Shown: in pieces, positions 22,501-32,052 of the stretch
Layout: each line of letters opens with the position of its first letter
Position numbering within the stretch: the stretch's first letter is position 1
Origin: a virus
Lineage: Duplodnaviria; Caudoviricetes
Direction: 5' to 3' (one strand)
DNA: 34,903 nucleotides
IMG/VR virus record: IMGVR_UViG_3300012953_000092
Coordinates: 1 to 34,903 of that record
Program-made: the position numbers and the translations under genes
Notes under the pieces: model-generated
The model's database searches: none
Seen by the model: only the letters and a program-made list of their open reading frames with translations
What the model was told of the DNA's origin: nothing

Positions 22501-25500
22501 AACTAATAAATTATAATTACCAAATATTTTAATATAATCACTTTCACTTTTAGTAATATACAAATCTCTTAATTCACCATCTATTAATAATTGTTCACCT
22601 ATAATAAATCTTGTAGATTCTAATGTACACTCAAAGATAGGATAATTTTCTTTATTTACAACACCAGCTAAAGAATTAACTGTATCAGCTATTCCTGTAT
22701 TTGTTGTTAAATCACTAATATCAAATACAACTTTAAAATCAAGTCCAGTATCATCACAACTAAGAACTTTAAAGAATTCAAATCCATAGTCTTTAGAGTT
22801 AAATCCAGATCCAGTTGTACTATTTTTAGTAATACCTTCTACAAATACTTCATCACCTGGTGAAAATGGTGGATTTGTAAATCCTGCAGGTGGAGTAGTT
22901 ATTGCACATGTAAAAATACCTGATGAACTAGATTCTACATTTTTAACACCAACACCATTACTATTATTTGTAGTAAATAAATTTACTGTATTATCAGAAA
23001 TACCATAAGGATTTGATAAAATATCAACTCTATTGATTGAATTACCTATTAAATCAAGAGAAAAAATACCTTTATCAAGTACTTCTTTTGTTACAGAATC
23101 TACAATATTAATTGTTGGTTCATTTAAATATCCTCTACCACCACTAATAACAAAAATATTTCCAATAGTATTTGATTCTTTTATAGTAATGAATGGAGAT
23201 ATAGATGCATTTGGTTTTAAAGTATTATCAGATGAATATTCAAAACCTTCATTCACAATTCTTACTTGATTTATATTTCCAATATTCTTTGATTTAGCAA
23301 TGACAAGAGCACCTGTTCCTTCTGTTGATGATGTGCCAACAAAATTAGGTAATTTTTTATAACCAAATCCACCATAATCAATACCTATTTTATCAATACC
23401 ACCTTTTTCTGTTAAAGAATTTGTTGAATATAATAAAGAATCACAATCATTTTGATTATATGACAATCTTTCTGGTAATGATTTTAATGCAATATCAAAT
23501 GTGGTTATACCAATACCAATAATATTATAAGTATCATTATAACTACTATCTACAAAATTGATTTGAGAGTAATTTTTAACATTTATATCAGATGTACTAA
23601 TAAATCCAGATTTTTCAAATGTATAATATAATTGTTTTGGTAATGATAAATTATAATCAATTGTAAATGTTGAGGTATGGCCAATACCTGGTGTTCCAAT
23701 ACCTATTAAATCAAAAATAGTAGATGCTGTAGATACAAATTCATTTTTAAAATCTACATCATAATAAAGTTTTAATTTATAATCTTTTAGTGAGGAATGA
23801 CTTAGATCGAAAACTAAACTATTATTACGAACGACATTAATCTGCGGATTAATTAAAGAAATAGATTGTGATATACCACCCGTACTTGCAATACCTACAG
23901 TTACTGGTGGATTAGATATAACATCATTTAATGTTTCTGATAATTTAAATTTATTATTATCAACTCTATATACAAAATAATCTTTAATTGATAATCCTTC
24001 AGGAATTATATTAGGTTCAGTGGTTGTATAAGATATTTTATCACCTGTTTTTAATCCATGAGATATAATTTCAAATTGACTATTTGAAGTATTAATTCCT
24101 GTTGAATTAAAACTTATTGGATCTACTAATGAAAAACCCGTTAATTCATCTCTTCTAATATCAACTATAGAAGTTGTACCAATTCCAACTGATAAATTTG
24201 GTTTAATATTTAAACTAATTTCATCATCTACTTGCAAACTATGAGAAGTTGAAACTGAAACTGTTGCAACATTTTTTTGTATATCTCCAAATAATTGATT
24301 ATACTTACTTTCAAAAGAATATGTATTATCTTCATTTGCACCACCACTTACAAAAAATACATCAGAATAAGATGATCCATTTGAATCTGTACCAATACCA
24401 GTTTTTATCCCAATAGTATTATTACTAGTATTTGAAATATAAACAGTTGATGGTAAATTAAATGCAGAATTCCCATCAGTAGATATTGCTATATTAGATG
24501 TACCAGCAGTAAATACTACTTCTTGGCCTTCAGTAAATGGATGTTTTTCAATATAAACTCTTTGTGTAGGTATATCTCTTGCAATACTATCAGATATTCC
24601 AAAACTAAAAGTTACAGAGGATGAAATACCTGAAATAGTTCCAAATCCTATTGATTCTTTTGGATTAAAATAAACTTTATTATTTAATCTAGAATCAAAA
24701 TAAGTTATATTTTTATCAATTATAAATGAATTTGGTAAATAAGATATTTTAAAAGGTACTGTATGTGCTATTCCAGCAAATTCTCTTTCAACTCTTAAAA
24801 TATTAAGATTTCTATAAATATCCAATATTTTTAATGTTTCCGTACCAATTCCAATACTACTACCTATAGATACTGATTCTGGAATTGAAGAGACATATAT
24901 TTCAGTCGTTATTCCAGAAGATGCTAATATTGTACCAATTCCTGATGCTGAAAAAGTAGTAACACCGATAGGATAATTTCCATTTAATTCTGACAATGTT
25001 GATGCAAATCCAGAAATTGTAATATTATCATTATTTTTCAAAGAATGATAAGGCAAAATAGAACCTTTTATTCTATTTCCATCATCCCAAGTAAATATTA
25101 CGTCATTAATAACAGTGGAATCTATATTAATATCTACAACATCTTTACCCTTTAAAGAAGAAACTCTAGCTGTTAATCCATTACCTTCAGTACCATCATC
25201 ATCAAATTCCAAAAGATTATCAATTCGATAATTATCACCAGATGAAACTATACTTAATTCATCAACACTACCAATTGTAACTGAATCTACTATAGATTTT
25301 TGTTTAGCAATTTCATCAGTTTCTATAATAAAATCATTATCAATATATTTTTCAGATACTTTATATGGAAATGTATTTCTTAAAAGTTTTGATTTGGTAA
25401 AATCAAATGATTGATCAATGTCTTGCTGTATAGGAGTTGATCTATAAGAATCTCCAATAAAATATGGAAATTCTGGATTATTTTCATTGTCTATAGTTGC

Positions 25501-28500
25501 AAAATATGCATAAACACCATTAGGAAAATCTTTTGTTTTTGTAAATCTGCCATTATTTCTATCTAAATCACCATTATCTGTAAATTTATAGTCATCTACA
25601 AAATAACCTAAAGAAAAAACAGTTGTATTAGGTCTATCAATAATATTAGAAGAATCTAATTCATATCCAGATATCAAACGCTGATTATTTACTCGTTCTT
25701 TAGGATCCTTATATCCATATGATCCATATATTGGATTTCCATCATATGCCCATCCAATAATTGGTGAATGAGTAATTATATCTTGGGTAGCAATATCATC
25801 AAAATATTCTCTTAAAGTTTGATGATATCCACATACACTATATTGTAAATTATTATTCGTCTCTAATAATAATTCACTAACAGTACCTTGATTCTTTTTA
25901 GCATATCTAAAATTATTATTAACCTTTAAATCCCTTATTTTACTATCAATAATTGCATTTTGTCCAGCTGCAACAACATTTATTGATGTGTCAATACTTG
26001 AATAACCAATTCCAGCATTGATAACTTTAACATCTGTTATTCTTCCATTAACAATAATTGGTAATAATTCTGCACCAGTTCCATAACCAGAAGAATCAAT
26101 TACATTTAAATCAGGAATAGATACATATTCATTACCACTAAAAGATACAGATACAGAATCAATTTTCCCATTTATTATATTAGGTTTTAAAGATGCATTT
26201 TTACCACTCCTAATAGAAATAATAGGATTATTTTCAAAATTTATTATAGATGAACCATATCCAGTACCAGTTTCATACAAATATGCATCAATAATAGTAC
26301 CTCTAACAATTGGAGTTACTAAAATTTCTTCAGTATTTTGAGTATTGGTTCCAAAACCAACAGGAGCATAAGTTAAAGAAATTGAAATATCAGGATATGA
26401 AAAATTATGATATCCATTACCAACTGATTCAAAACGTACATAATTTCCTCTTCTATAATTAGACGTTATAGATCCACCAATACCAGCATCAGAAAGTCTA
26501 AATGAATTATCATCAAGTTTTAAAATTTGATATTGATTTGCAGTAGTTGATATTCCAGTAGATGTTGTTAATCCACTTATTTTAGTTCCAGTGGTAGAAT
26601 ATACAATTTTATCCCCATCATTAAATCCATGATTATTAAATATAACTTTATCATAATGAGTCGAAATTCCAGTAGGTTTAACAATTAATTTTCTATTAGT
26701 AAATGTGCCACCATCAATTACATTTAATCCTGCAACATATTTCTGATCTGAAAGTGTTGAAAATTTATGATCTCTTCCTAATGCACTATAAGTGTTTAAA
26801 TTTATAGTATTAATTTGAGTTACCGCATCTTCAAGAGAGGTATATAATTTAATTGTTTTCTCATTAATGACATTAACAAAATAACTTGCACCATTAGATA
26901 ATGTAGATGTTCCAATACCTACACCAACACCTGGATTGCCATTAGAATTATAAATTACTTCTTGGCCATTAAAAAATGCATGATCTATATCGAATTTAAT
27001 TGTATCATGTTCTTGACTAACTCCACCAAAATTAGAGGTTGATAATCCACTAAATGAAACATCTCTATATCTAACATTAACTATAGGTTCAATTACAGCA
27101 TTTCCATTACCACCTGTAATATTAACAGAAAGAACATCTTTAATATCAAAATTTTGAGTATCAACAAATGCTTTCCTAATACTACCTTGAATTACTGGTT
27201 GAATTAATGCAGTAACACCAAATCCTGTAGCTACGTCAATTTGTGGTAAATTAATAACATCATAATTAATACCAGAATTTAACACACTAACAGACTCTAA
27301 AGGTCCATAATATACTTTATCTTTTGATTTATAATTTGTAATTTCTACACCATTAACAAGCATTCCTGTTGTACCAGGAGTGGTGATAGACTGTTTTGCT
27401 GTAGTACTATCAATATTTAATGGGAACTTCTTTAATAATTTTTGAGCTCCTATTTTCCCAGATCTTTGAGAATTTAATATAAATGTATGATTTCCAGGAG
27501 AATCTTGTAGCCTTAAATAATTTAATGTACCAATAAATGTAGGTGAACTGTATAATTTTATCTTTTTACTATCATCAGAATCAATTTCCACAAAATAAGT
27601 TCCCTCAGTCAAACCACCATAGGGATCTTCTGAAGGTTTGTAATAAACTTCATCACCATCTATAAAAGGTACAATATCTGCAAATCTAATTGATGCATAT
27701 TGATTTGTAATACTATCTGAAATTTCATCCGATAAACCATAAGTATTTGGATGATTATCAGGAATAGTTGCAGAGTTAATCTGAACATCAATACTACTTA
27801 AATATTTTATAAATTTACCTTCATCATTTATAAGTTTGTCAAAATTCCCATCTAATCTATGGGATGGTAATGAATTTGATGCAACATAAACTAATTCATT
27901 TTCTTCTTCAACATATAAATTCTGTACATCTGAAGTAATATTATCATATTCTAAAGGAGTTTTAGTACTTATAGGGGTATTAATCTTTCTTCTTAAATCA
28001 TATTCTCTATTAGATTCAATATTATCATCTATATCATCCTTAATAGCATTAAGTAGAATTTCATTACTATCCGAATAAGTTTTTTTAATATAACAAAGTT
28101 GATTTTTACCAAATACAATATTATTAGAATTTCTTTTAAGTATTTCTACAGCATCACCTTCTTTTAAACTTGATCTATCATAAGTTGCAGCATTTAAAGT
28201 TAATTTACTATCATTTATTGGATTTTGAATTTGATATCTTGTACTTGTATTGTATATTAAACTATTAGCCCAAATCTCCTTATATGTTTTATCTCTAGAT
28301 GGATTTTCTATCAATTCACCAAGATTTCTTACACCTATAATCTCTTCTTCATCAACAGTAACATCTTCCGAAACTTGTTCAAATTCTGATAACACTCCAG
28401 TTAATCTAAATTCTACTTTCCTAGTAGTATCTCCACTCTCATATCCAAAATAAGTATCATCATCACTTCTTATATTATCTGTTGAAGAAATTGGATTATT

Positions 28501-29631
28501 AATTCCACTACATCCAAAGAATTGATTAATACTTTTATCTGTATATGAGATATTATTCTTACCTGATACTACATTACCACTTGCTTTAAATCCAATAGTA
28601 GAATCTACTGTAATTATAGAAGAATCTTTTGCAACATCACCAATAACTTTAGTTGCTGGTGTAATAATAAAATTACCTTGAACAGTAGATGCACTATCAT
28701 CATAACCAATAAATAAAGAAACTTTATAATATTGTTGCGATTCTGTAACTGCTACACCAACTCTTGTAAATGGTTCTATTTCAGATATAGCTGCATTGGT
28801 ATTTAAATCTGATTTTTTAAATAATGTCTGTCCAATTAATCTTTTAGGATTTGGTGGTTCTTCATCAGGAGAATTTTCATTAACAATTTCTCCTATAACA
28901 ACTTCACGTCTAACATATTGTGCTGCTGATGATTTTATTAGATAATCTTCTAAATTTAGAATAGAAGGTGTTTCATTATAAAGGATATTGAATAATATTC
29001 TAAATGATTCATCAGTACCTTTTGATTGATATAAAGCTCTTGATTCTTTTAGAAAATTACCAACATTTAATGTAGGAGTAAAATCAATATCTTCTAAACC
29101 AGGTACTAAACTAAATTTTAATTTCTGATAAAATTCTTTAAGAAATAAAGAACTTAAATTTTGTACAGAACTACCAGAAGAATGAGATGCTGCTACTGAA
29201 TCAGAAAATATTAATTCTTCTCTATTTAAATCCTGATGATAACCAGTTATTCCACTAAATCCACGTTTACAACCCGTAAATGAATTGGTAGTAATACCAG
29301 TATATGTTATTATTTCCTCATCAATTTTTAATAATCCATATTCAGCAGGAAATCCTTTTGTATTAGATACCTGAATTGTTTGATCCTCTGCAGTAATATC
29401 TACACTAAGATTAGAATTATCAACTATAACTTCAGGAATTAAACTATCTAAACTTAAATATTGATCTAAATTATTTACTATATCAACTGGACCACCTTGA
29501 TATTCCTGAGAAATATAATATTGTCTTAAAAAATCTAATGCTTTAGGACTTTCAGTTTTAATAAATTCTGGAAGTTGATTATCAATAATTTGTTGAATCT
29601 TCACTCTAGATTCAAAAACGTTTTGTATCAT
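16576..29631 (-). CDS. gp7: Giant baseplate wedge initiator (gp7-like), 4351 aa, multidomain
   Basis: Lies between gp6 and gp8. N-terminal QLPEFI..E.P...FL.QYY.SQE and LYQSKGTDESFRILF, plus internal DNNYYQNLSYSVKS...VNSLLHTSG, are characteristic of cyanophage gp7. Confidence 0.85.
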   Translation of the reverse strand: MIQNVFESRVKIQQIIDNQLPEFIKTESPKALDFLRQYYISQEYQGGPVDIVNNLDQYLSLDSLIPEVIVDNSNLSVDITAEDQTIQVSNTKGFPAEYGLLKIDEEIITYTGITTNSFTGCKRGFSGITGYHQDLNREELIFSDSVAASHSSGSSVQNLSSLFLKEFYQKLKFSLVPGLEDIDFTPTLNVGNFLKESRALYQSKGTDESFRILFNILYNETPSILNLEDYLIKSSAAQYVRREVVIGEIVNENSPDEEPPNPKRLIGQTLFKKSDLNTNAAISEIEPFTRVGVAVTESQQYYKVSLFIGYDDSASTVQGNFIITPATKVIGDVAKDSSIITVDSTIGFKASGNVVSGKNNISYTDKSINQFFGCSGINNPISSTDNIRSDDDTYFGYESGDTTRKVEFRLTGVLSEFEQVSEDVTVDEEEIIGVRNLGELIENPSRDKTYKEIWANSLIYNTSTRYQIQNPINDSKLTLNAATYDRSSLKEGDAVEILKRNSNNIVFGKNQLCYIKKTYSDSNEILLNAIKDDIDDNIESNREYDLRRKINTPISTKTPLEYDNITSDVQNLYVEEENELVYVASNSLPSHRLDGNFDKLINDEGKFIKYLSSIDVQINSATIPDNHPNTYGLSDEISDSITNQYASIRFADIVPFIDGDEVYYKPSEDPYGGLTEGTYFVEIDSDDSKKIKLYSSPTFIGTLNYLRLQDSPGNHTFILNSQRSGKIGAQKLLKKFPLNIDSTTAKQSITTPGTTGMLVNGVEITNYKSKDKVYYGPLESVSVLNSGINYDVINLPQIDVATGFGVTALIQPVIQGSIRKAFVDTQNFDIKDVLSVNITGGNGNAVIEPIVNVRYRDVSFSGLSTSNFGGVSQEHDTIKFDIDHAFFNGQEVIYNSNGNPGVGVGIGTSTLSNGASYFVNVINEKTIKLYTSLEDAVTQINTINLNTYSALGRDHKFSTLSDQKYVAGLNVIDGGTFTNRKLIVKPTGISTHYDKVIFNNHGFNDGDKIVYSTTGTKISGLTTSTGISTTANQYQILKLDDNSFRLSDAGIGGSITSNYRRGNYVRFESVGNGYHNFSYPDISISLTYAPVGFGTNTQNTEEILVTPIVRGTIIDAYLYETGTGYGSSIINFENNPIISIRSGKNASLKPNIINGKIDSVSVSFSGNEYVSIPDLNVIDSSGYGTGAELLPIIVNGRITDVKVINAGIGYSSIDTSINVVAAGQNAIIDSKIRDLKVNNNFRYAKKNQGTVSELLLETNNNLQYSVCGYHQTLREYFDDIATQDIITHSPIIGWAYDGNPIYGSYGYKDPKERVNNQRLISGYELDSSNIIDRPNTTVFSLGYFVDDYKFTDNGDLDRNNGRFTKTKDFPNGVYAYFATIDNENNPEFPYFIGDSYRSTPIQQDIDQSFDFTKSKLLRNTFPYKVSEKYIDNDFIIETDEIAKQKSIVDSVTIGSVDELSIVSSGDNYRIDNLLEFDDDGTEGNGLTARVSSLKGKDVVDINIDSTVINDVIFTWDDGNRIKGSILPYHSLKNNDNITISGFASTLSELNGNYPIGVTTFSASGIGTILASSGITTEIYVSSIPESVSIGSSIGIGTETLKILDIYRNLNILRVEREFAGIAHTVPFKISYLPNSFIIDKNITYFDSRLNNKVYFNPKESIGFGTISGISSSVTFSFGISDSIARDIPTQRVYIEKHPFTEGQEVVFTAGTSNIAISTDGNSAFNLPSTVYISNTSNNTIGIKTGIGTDSNGSSYSDVFFVSGGANEDNTYSFESKYNQLFGDIQKNVATVSVSTSHSLQVDDEISLNIKPNLSVGIGTTSIVDIRRDELTGFSLVDPISFNSTGINTSNSQFEIISHGLKTGDKISYTTTEPNIIPEGLSIKDYFVYRVDNNKFKLSETLNDVISNPPVTVGIASTGGISQSISLINPQINVVRNNSLVFDLSHSSLKDYKLKLYYDVDFKNEFVSTASTIFDLIGIGTPGIGHTSTFTIDYNLSLPKQLYYTFEKSGFISTSDINVKNYSQINFVDSSYNDTYNIIGIGITTFDIALKSLPERLSYNQNDCDSLLYSTNSLTEKGGIDKIGIDYGGFGYKKLPNFVGTSSTEGTGALVIAKSKNIGNINQVRIVNEGFEYSSDNTLKPNASISPFITIKESNTIGNIFVISGGRGYLNEPTINIVDSVTKEVLDKGIFSLDLIGNSINRVDILSNPYGISDNTVNLFTTNNSNGVGVKNVESSSSGIFTCAITTPPAGFTNPPFSPGDEVFVEGITKNSTTGSGFNSKDYGFEFFKVLSCDDTGLDFKVVFDISDLTTNTGIADTVNSLAGVVNKENYPIFECTLESTRFIIGEQLLIDGELRDLYITKSESDYIKIFGNYNLLVGDVIIGKESGVTATIDSIENNNGRFVVDYSNKKNIGWYDNVGKLSEDTQVTPDNNYYQNLSYSVKSSRTYDELRSTVNSLLHTSGLKNFADTGITSTSNVGIGSTDATISIRDYIGDNRVDTIYNFDIANSINSNNNSKFISLQNKKLNNFILSKSNEVLKIDNINTQFSNLDAEPHQYLNILENPVIDHQNLVIRISDLANSKTQLSEYILLHKNNNRFLLEKGQLYSGITTSYGDLKSLGYFDFIEDDLGTNYFRFIPIESPELTDYDIKIIDNKFTSTTGIGTYPVGFINLSGTTTIGSNTPTTTGIITSHSEKVTSLYAKNYLTNRTTKEVNYVEVYATHDGSNTYISEYFIDSQTKQIYSSIGIGSFKGSISGTEFTLNYENNTEDIIDIQSNIVGFGTTSIGTGTYRFKLPNQPSGQERTAIYQSNYSKSIGISTVFELNKSIFNSVKSVIEVSVGSTKALHQVMVVQDSNGVCMNQLPFLSANGIIPNTSIEEYDNILGIGTFGVNSDSSNNFLLKFYPDAFFNSSDIQVSALNLCIYNDIDIFNTLNTPDLSYGNVVESVDLYAYNAPYGTRVQRTDFTLENNNTPIFAKSFEPSNSTEVNLSTGLFTIDNHFFRTNEELIYKPGSTFVGVGSTAMEYKGTGGIGQLPTTVFAVRNDENSFYISTTSPASVGTAVTFVGVGTGNYHKLIMANSNTKAVVTIDSVLQSPVANTLLSYTLKDNVGGQIGTASTIFGLSGISSINSNDILKVNDEYLKVVNVGFGTTTIGPITTGIGTTALVVTERGFVGTSATNHADGSTVELYRGSYNIVDEKIHFASPPRGRGGSLKNSSNLLEPKSDFNGRVYLRDDYSNNQVYDDISEQFTGISQTFNLTVGGANTVGLGNSGGNGLLLINNIYQRPTAENNPGNNYRILEDTVSGISSIEFTGIKTDTGDIFISDSDVNQNQLPRNGLIVSLGSTPGLGYAPLVGARTFAKTNANGEITSIVSTGETGPSNSITTANYNNVTGDIIITTKDPHDFELGIVNQVKLHNLEFDCSGQYLGVTTTFFPEDIDPVTGVSSASYSVLDTIPGDFEHRFIRDAFEGSTGAIQLMSSPFGDRKVTSAVYSPTKGTLIVTHDGNSLSHNQGIKFRNLSLVFTCDADGHTTEHPYPRLTDPVYANIINVYDVSGNTFTVFVGKSPTYRFKTNVGISTIPHNYMRGGIVTPWYDANYGSGYRGSVSIEITDVPFTHKFVGTSGTSIFVNSWAGTPKTVTDASYEPSSGDLILTIPSHGLTTSDNVGINTDSLIFSCSKDDYKSIHVYPRSTDPVSGILTSINSKTDDTFTVNVGSSIGSNGNITATVGAGGTLAFNIGAAGTNYKNPEITVPEPNYANLEVKGVSRLGIGTTTDTGTGLLLDVTIGASSTTGTGATQFSVTDWNITRDGYSFKKGDVFTPVGLVTDASLESPISQFELTVVDTFTDSFAAWQFGQFDYIDSIKDQQDGKRTRFTLKYDDEFLNFDTDSNSDFNINLSNALLIIVNGIIQEPDISYKFNGGTSFVFTHPPEPEDDVAIFFYRGTSESDTELKEGIRPSLKSGDKLELLRIHDNDVNQKSRVMLGIATLGSGYVETDLYFGEGVNDLDKTLKWTKQKFDRIIDGEPISKSRPSLEPLIFPTAKIIGDISSTEGLTNIFIDNRGIFDDEEEISFKPIGGLIIDSIAPVAAGLTAIVSAAGTISTLSIVSSGSGYVGATTSISIGIPTTGVGVGVGTIATATVTITNGSITTPITITNEGFGYNQSIVPNVLAPLPMFNKLEEVSKINAIQGFTGIITGISTTSGIGGAPLAIEFNLKDGGIYNGLLVNYPVYIHGTSIGSGVTSIYTSDDNIVGIGTIFLDNVYNVSAWNSVTGILKCNIDSNTSVVGLGSTSGTVYAGEVSWGRLYNNDTGTITRGVNPISIGVTGLTIDAGLTTLPTIQRRLQGLRDTGGIEVS

Positions 29632-29632
29632 A

Positions 29633-31576
29633 TTACTGTCGTATTAATTGTCCGTTGAGATAACTTGATGTATAGAAATCTTTTATAAAGGTGGTTCCTG
29701 TTATTTCGTCACCAGAACTAATAACATCTCTTATAATATTTATTGTACTTTCTGGGATGTCAAAACTCAAATATAAATCTTTTAATCCAATTACATCATT
29801 AGATTCTGGTACTGCTTGTATTTCAATAACATTACCTCCATCAACTGTTGATGTGATATTTAAAGTTTGTAAAATAATTTCACCTTTAATATAATCTACA
29901 GTTCCCGCAGATTTTGCTATAACAACTATATCTCCTACATTTGATAATTGTACTAAAGAAAGCCCACCAGTTTTCAAATCAGCATTAGGAGTATCAGTTA
30001 AATAAACTGGTTTAACTTGTCCAGAAATATAAAATCCTTTAGATTTTATATTAAAACCAGCAGCATTTACATGAAATTGATTACCATAACAAAGTTCATA
30101 CTGAGCAAATTGATTAAAAGCAACTTTAAGATCCCTTCTAATTCTTACCTTGGTTATATTGGATGTTATTGCCGTATGAGTATTATCTATTACTTGCTGT
30201 ACCTTACTATATTTGAATCTTCCACCAAATTTATTAACATCTAATGAATTTGCATATGCATTAAGACTATCAATTACTTTTGCTCTTAAAGATTCTGCCG
30301 TAGATACTTTTGTATCATCAAAATATACAGCAGAATCAAGTTCAACGTATAATATCTTCAAATCTGTCAATTTTTGCGTAATTCCTGATATAGAATATTG
30401 CTTTAATTGTGATAAAATCCTATTTTTATTAAAATCAGATACAAAACTACCATTTTTTGGTTTTATACTGATGGATACAGTACCAAATTCTGGTGGATCC
30501 AACTCTTCTCCACCAACAACTGCAACAGATTCGGTATCTGGATATATTCTTTTAATAATTGTCTCATAATCTCTAGCAGTTACTGCTCTAAATTGTGAAG
30601 AATAGATTTTTGGAGCAAAATATTTAATAGAATTTATAGATTCTGACTCAGAACCATTTTGAGAAGATTGATTTGTTATTACATTTGGTACTGTAAATGA
30701 AAATGGTATTGTATTACTGACTGATTCTGGATTATTTTGTAATATTTTACCCACAAATTCAAAACCATTCTTATTACCAATACCATTTCCATCTTGTCCA
30801 TCAGTAATAATATATTTTACATTTATTTTTGCATCATTTGGTAATTTTTTCCCGATTATACCATCACCAAAGATTAATTCATACTTTTCATCCTGTACTT
30901 CTTGAATCAAATAGATTTGTGATGTTGAATTTACATCAATAATATTGTTAACTAATGAATATTCAACACCAAGTCCTTCTACTCCATCATTTACATACAC
31001 TTTAATGGTAGAAGTGTCAATTCCATCATTATCTAATATGAATTTTTGATTTATTGAGGTATCAACGGTGAATGTTTTCTCTAATAATGTACCTTGTTTA
31101 AGAAGAATATTATTAAATGTTGCCGTATATCCCGTATTTGATGTTCCCCTTATTGGTGCAACCCAGTTTTCGGATGTTGAGAATATAAATGAAGTATTAT
31201 TTGCATTACCCACACATACCAAACCAGATGGTAAAATTGCATTTGGTGTTTGATTAATATTCGAAACTTCTAAACCAGTAATAACAAAGGATACTTGTGC
31301 TGTGGCCGCTGTCCTGGAGCGTGGTACATAACCAATGTTTCTTGCTAAGGAAACCACATTTTGACGCATTGTCGCTGATTCCAGAAAGGACTCATTGACA
31401 ATCATGTTAGAGTTGAATGCCGTAATGTACGTATTATATGCCAGTGTGTCTATTAGGACTGAAAAGTTAGAGCCTTCGAAATCAAAGTCAGTAAAATCGC
31501 TATTCGCACGTAAATAATCTTTGATTGAAGTCTTTATTTGATCAAAATCAAGATTTGTAAATTTAGTAAACGGCAT
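29633..31576 (-). CDS. gp6: Baseplate wedge subunit (T4 gp6-like)
   Basis: LDFDQIK, FTDFDFEGSN, LAYNTY, SLARNIGYVPRS, FGDGIIG and RAVTARDY. Confidence 0.95.
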   Translation of the reverse strand: MPFTKFTNLDFDQIKTSIKDYLRANSDFTDFDFEGSNFSVLIDTLAYNTYITAFNSNMIVNESFLESATMRQNVVSLARNIGYVPRSRTAATAQVSFVITGLEVSNINQTPNAILPSGLVCVGNANNTSFIFSTSENWVAPIRGTSNTGYTATFNNILLKQGTLLEKTFTVDTSINQKFILDNDGIDTSTIKVYVNDGVEGLGVEYSLVNNIIDVNSTSQIYLIQEVQDEKYELIFGDGIIGKKLPNDAKINVKYIITDGQDGNGIGNKNGFEFVGKILQNNPESVSNTIPFSFTVPNVITNQSSQNGSESESINSIKYFAPKIYSSQFRAVTARDYETIIKRIYPDTESVAVVGGEELDPPEFGTVSISIKPKNGSFVSDFNKNRILSQLKQYSISGITQKLTDLKILYVELDSAVYFDDTKVSTAESLRAKVIDSLNAYANSLDVNKFGGRFKYSKVQQVIDNTHTAITSNITKVRIRRDLKVAFNQFAQYELCYGNQFHVNAAGFNIKSKGFYISGQVKPVYLTDTPNADLKTGGLSLVQLSNVGDIVVIAKSAGTVDYIKGEIILQTLNITSTVDGGNVIEIQAVPESNDVIGLKDLYLSFDIPESTINIIRDVISSGDEITGTTFIKDFYTSSYLNGQLIRQ

Positions 31577-31577
31577 G

Positions 31578-31979
31578 TTATCTAGTTGCCTCTAGGAGGA
31601 AGGTATATTCTTGTGTTGGAAACTCTTGTCCAATAATATCGTATATAATTGTTATTTCAAAACTATTGATATCTGGTTGTGCATCCACATTAACATCTAC
31701 ATCACCAATTCTTGGTTCAAAGTTATTTAATGCAACTTTAATTTGATCTTGAATATTAGATGCAGTACCAAAGTCTACAAATTCAAATAGACTACTATAA
31801 ACATCAGAACCAAATAAAGAGTCAAAATATTTTTCAGTTGGAATTGTTTGAACTATATTACGTACAGATCTACGAATAGCACTCTCATTTTTTAATATCT
31901 TCAAGTCTTGTGACACAGGATGTGGCTCAAAAGATAAACTAATATCCTTAAATGATCGTGATATCCTACTAAGTGCCAT
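31578..31979 (-). CDS. gp25: Baseplate wedge protein (T4 gp25-like), 133 aa
   Basis: FKDISLSFEPHP, LKNESAIRRSVRNIV, NFEPRI. Start reassigned to the ATG at 31977-31979 (MALSRISRSF), because the longer ORF crosses a late promoter, a terminator and another gene. Confidence 0.92.
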   Translation of the reverse strand: MALSRISRSFKDISLSFEPHPVSQDLKILKNESAIRRSVRNIVQTIPTEKYFDSLFGSDVYSSLFEFVDFGTASNIQDQIKVALNNFEPRIGDVDVNVDAQPDINSFEITIIYDIIGQEFPTQEYTFLLEATR

Positions 31980-31999
31980 TAATAAACAGAGTTTTTCTT

Positions 32000-32007
32000 T
32001 ATTTATA
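32000..32007 (-). promoter_or_regulatory. T4-type late promoter TATAAATA heading the baseplate operon
   Basis: Exact consensus 20 nt upstream of the gp25 ATG and just downstream of a terminator. Confidence 0.85.
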
Positions 32008-32021
32008 CCACTATTAAACAT

Positions 32022-32049
32022 AAAAAAGACACCCTTGCGGATGCCCTTT
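32022..32049 (-). terminator. Rho-independent terminator
   Basis: The minus strand reads AAAGGGCATCC-GCAA-GGGTGTCTTTTTT. This gives a stem with G-U pairs, a GNRA tetraloop and a U-tract, directly after the stop at 32053. Confidence 0.85.
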
Positions 32050-32052
32050 ATA

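Noticed and set aside
194-31253. Plus-strand ORFs in the track (194, 2142, 3626, 4658, 17210, 20102, 23033, 28250, 29691, 30017, 30213, 31068)
   Set aside because: All are antisense shadows of well-supported minus-strand genes, with the biased composition expected from that and no recognisable motifs.
7616-31576. Inteins, introns or frameshifts in the giant genes
   Set aside because: The frames are continuous, and I saw no intein splice-junction or homing-endonuclease motifs.
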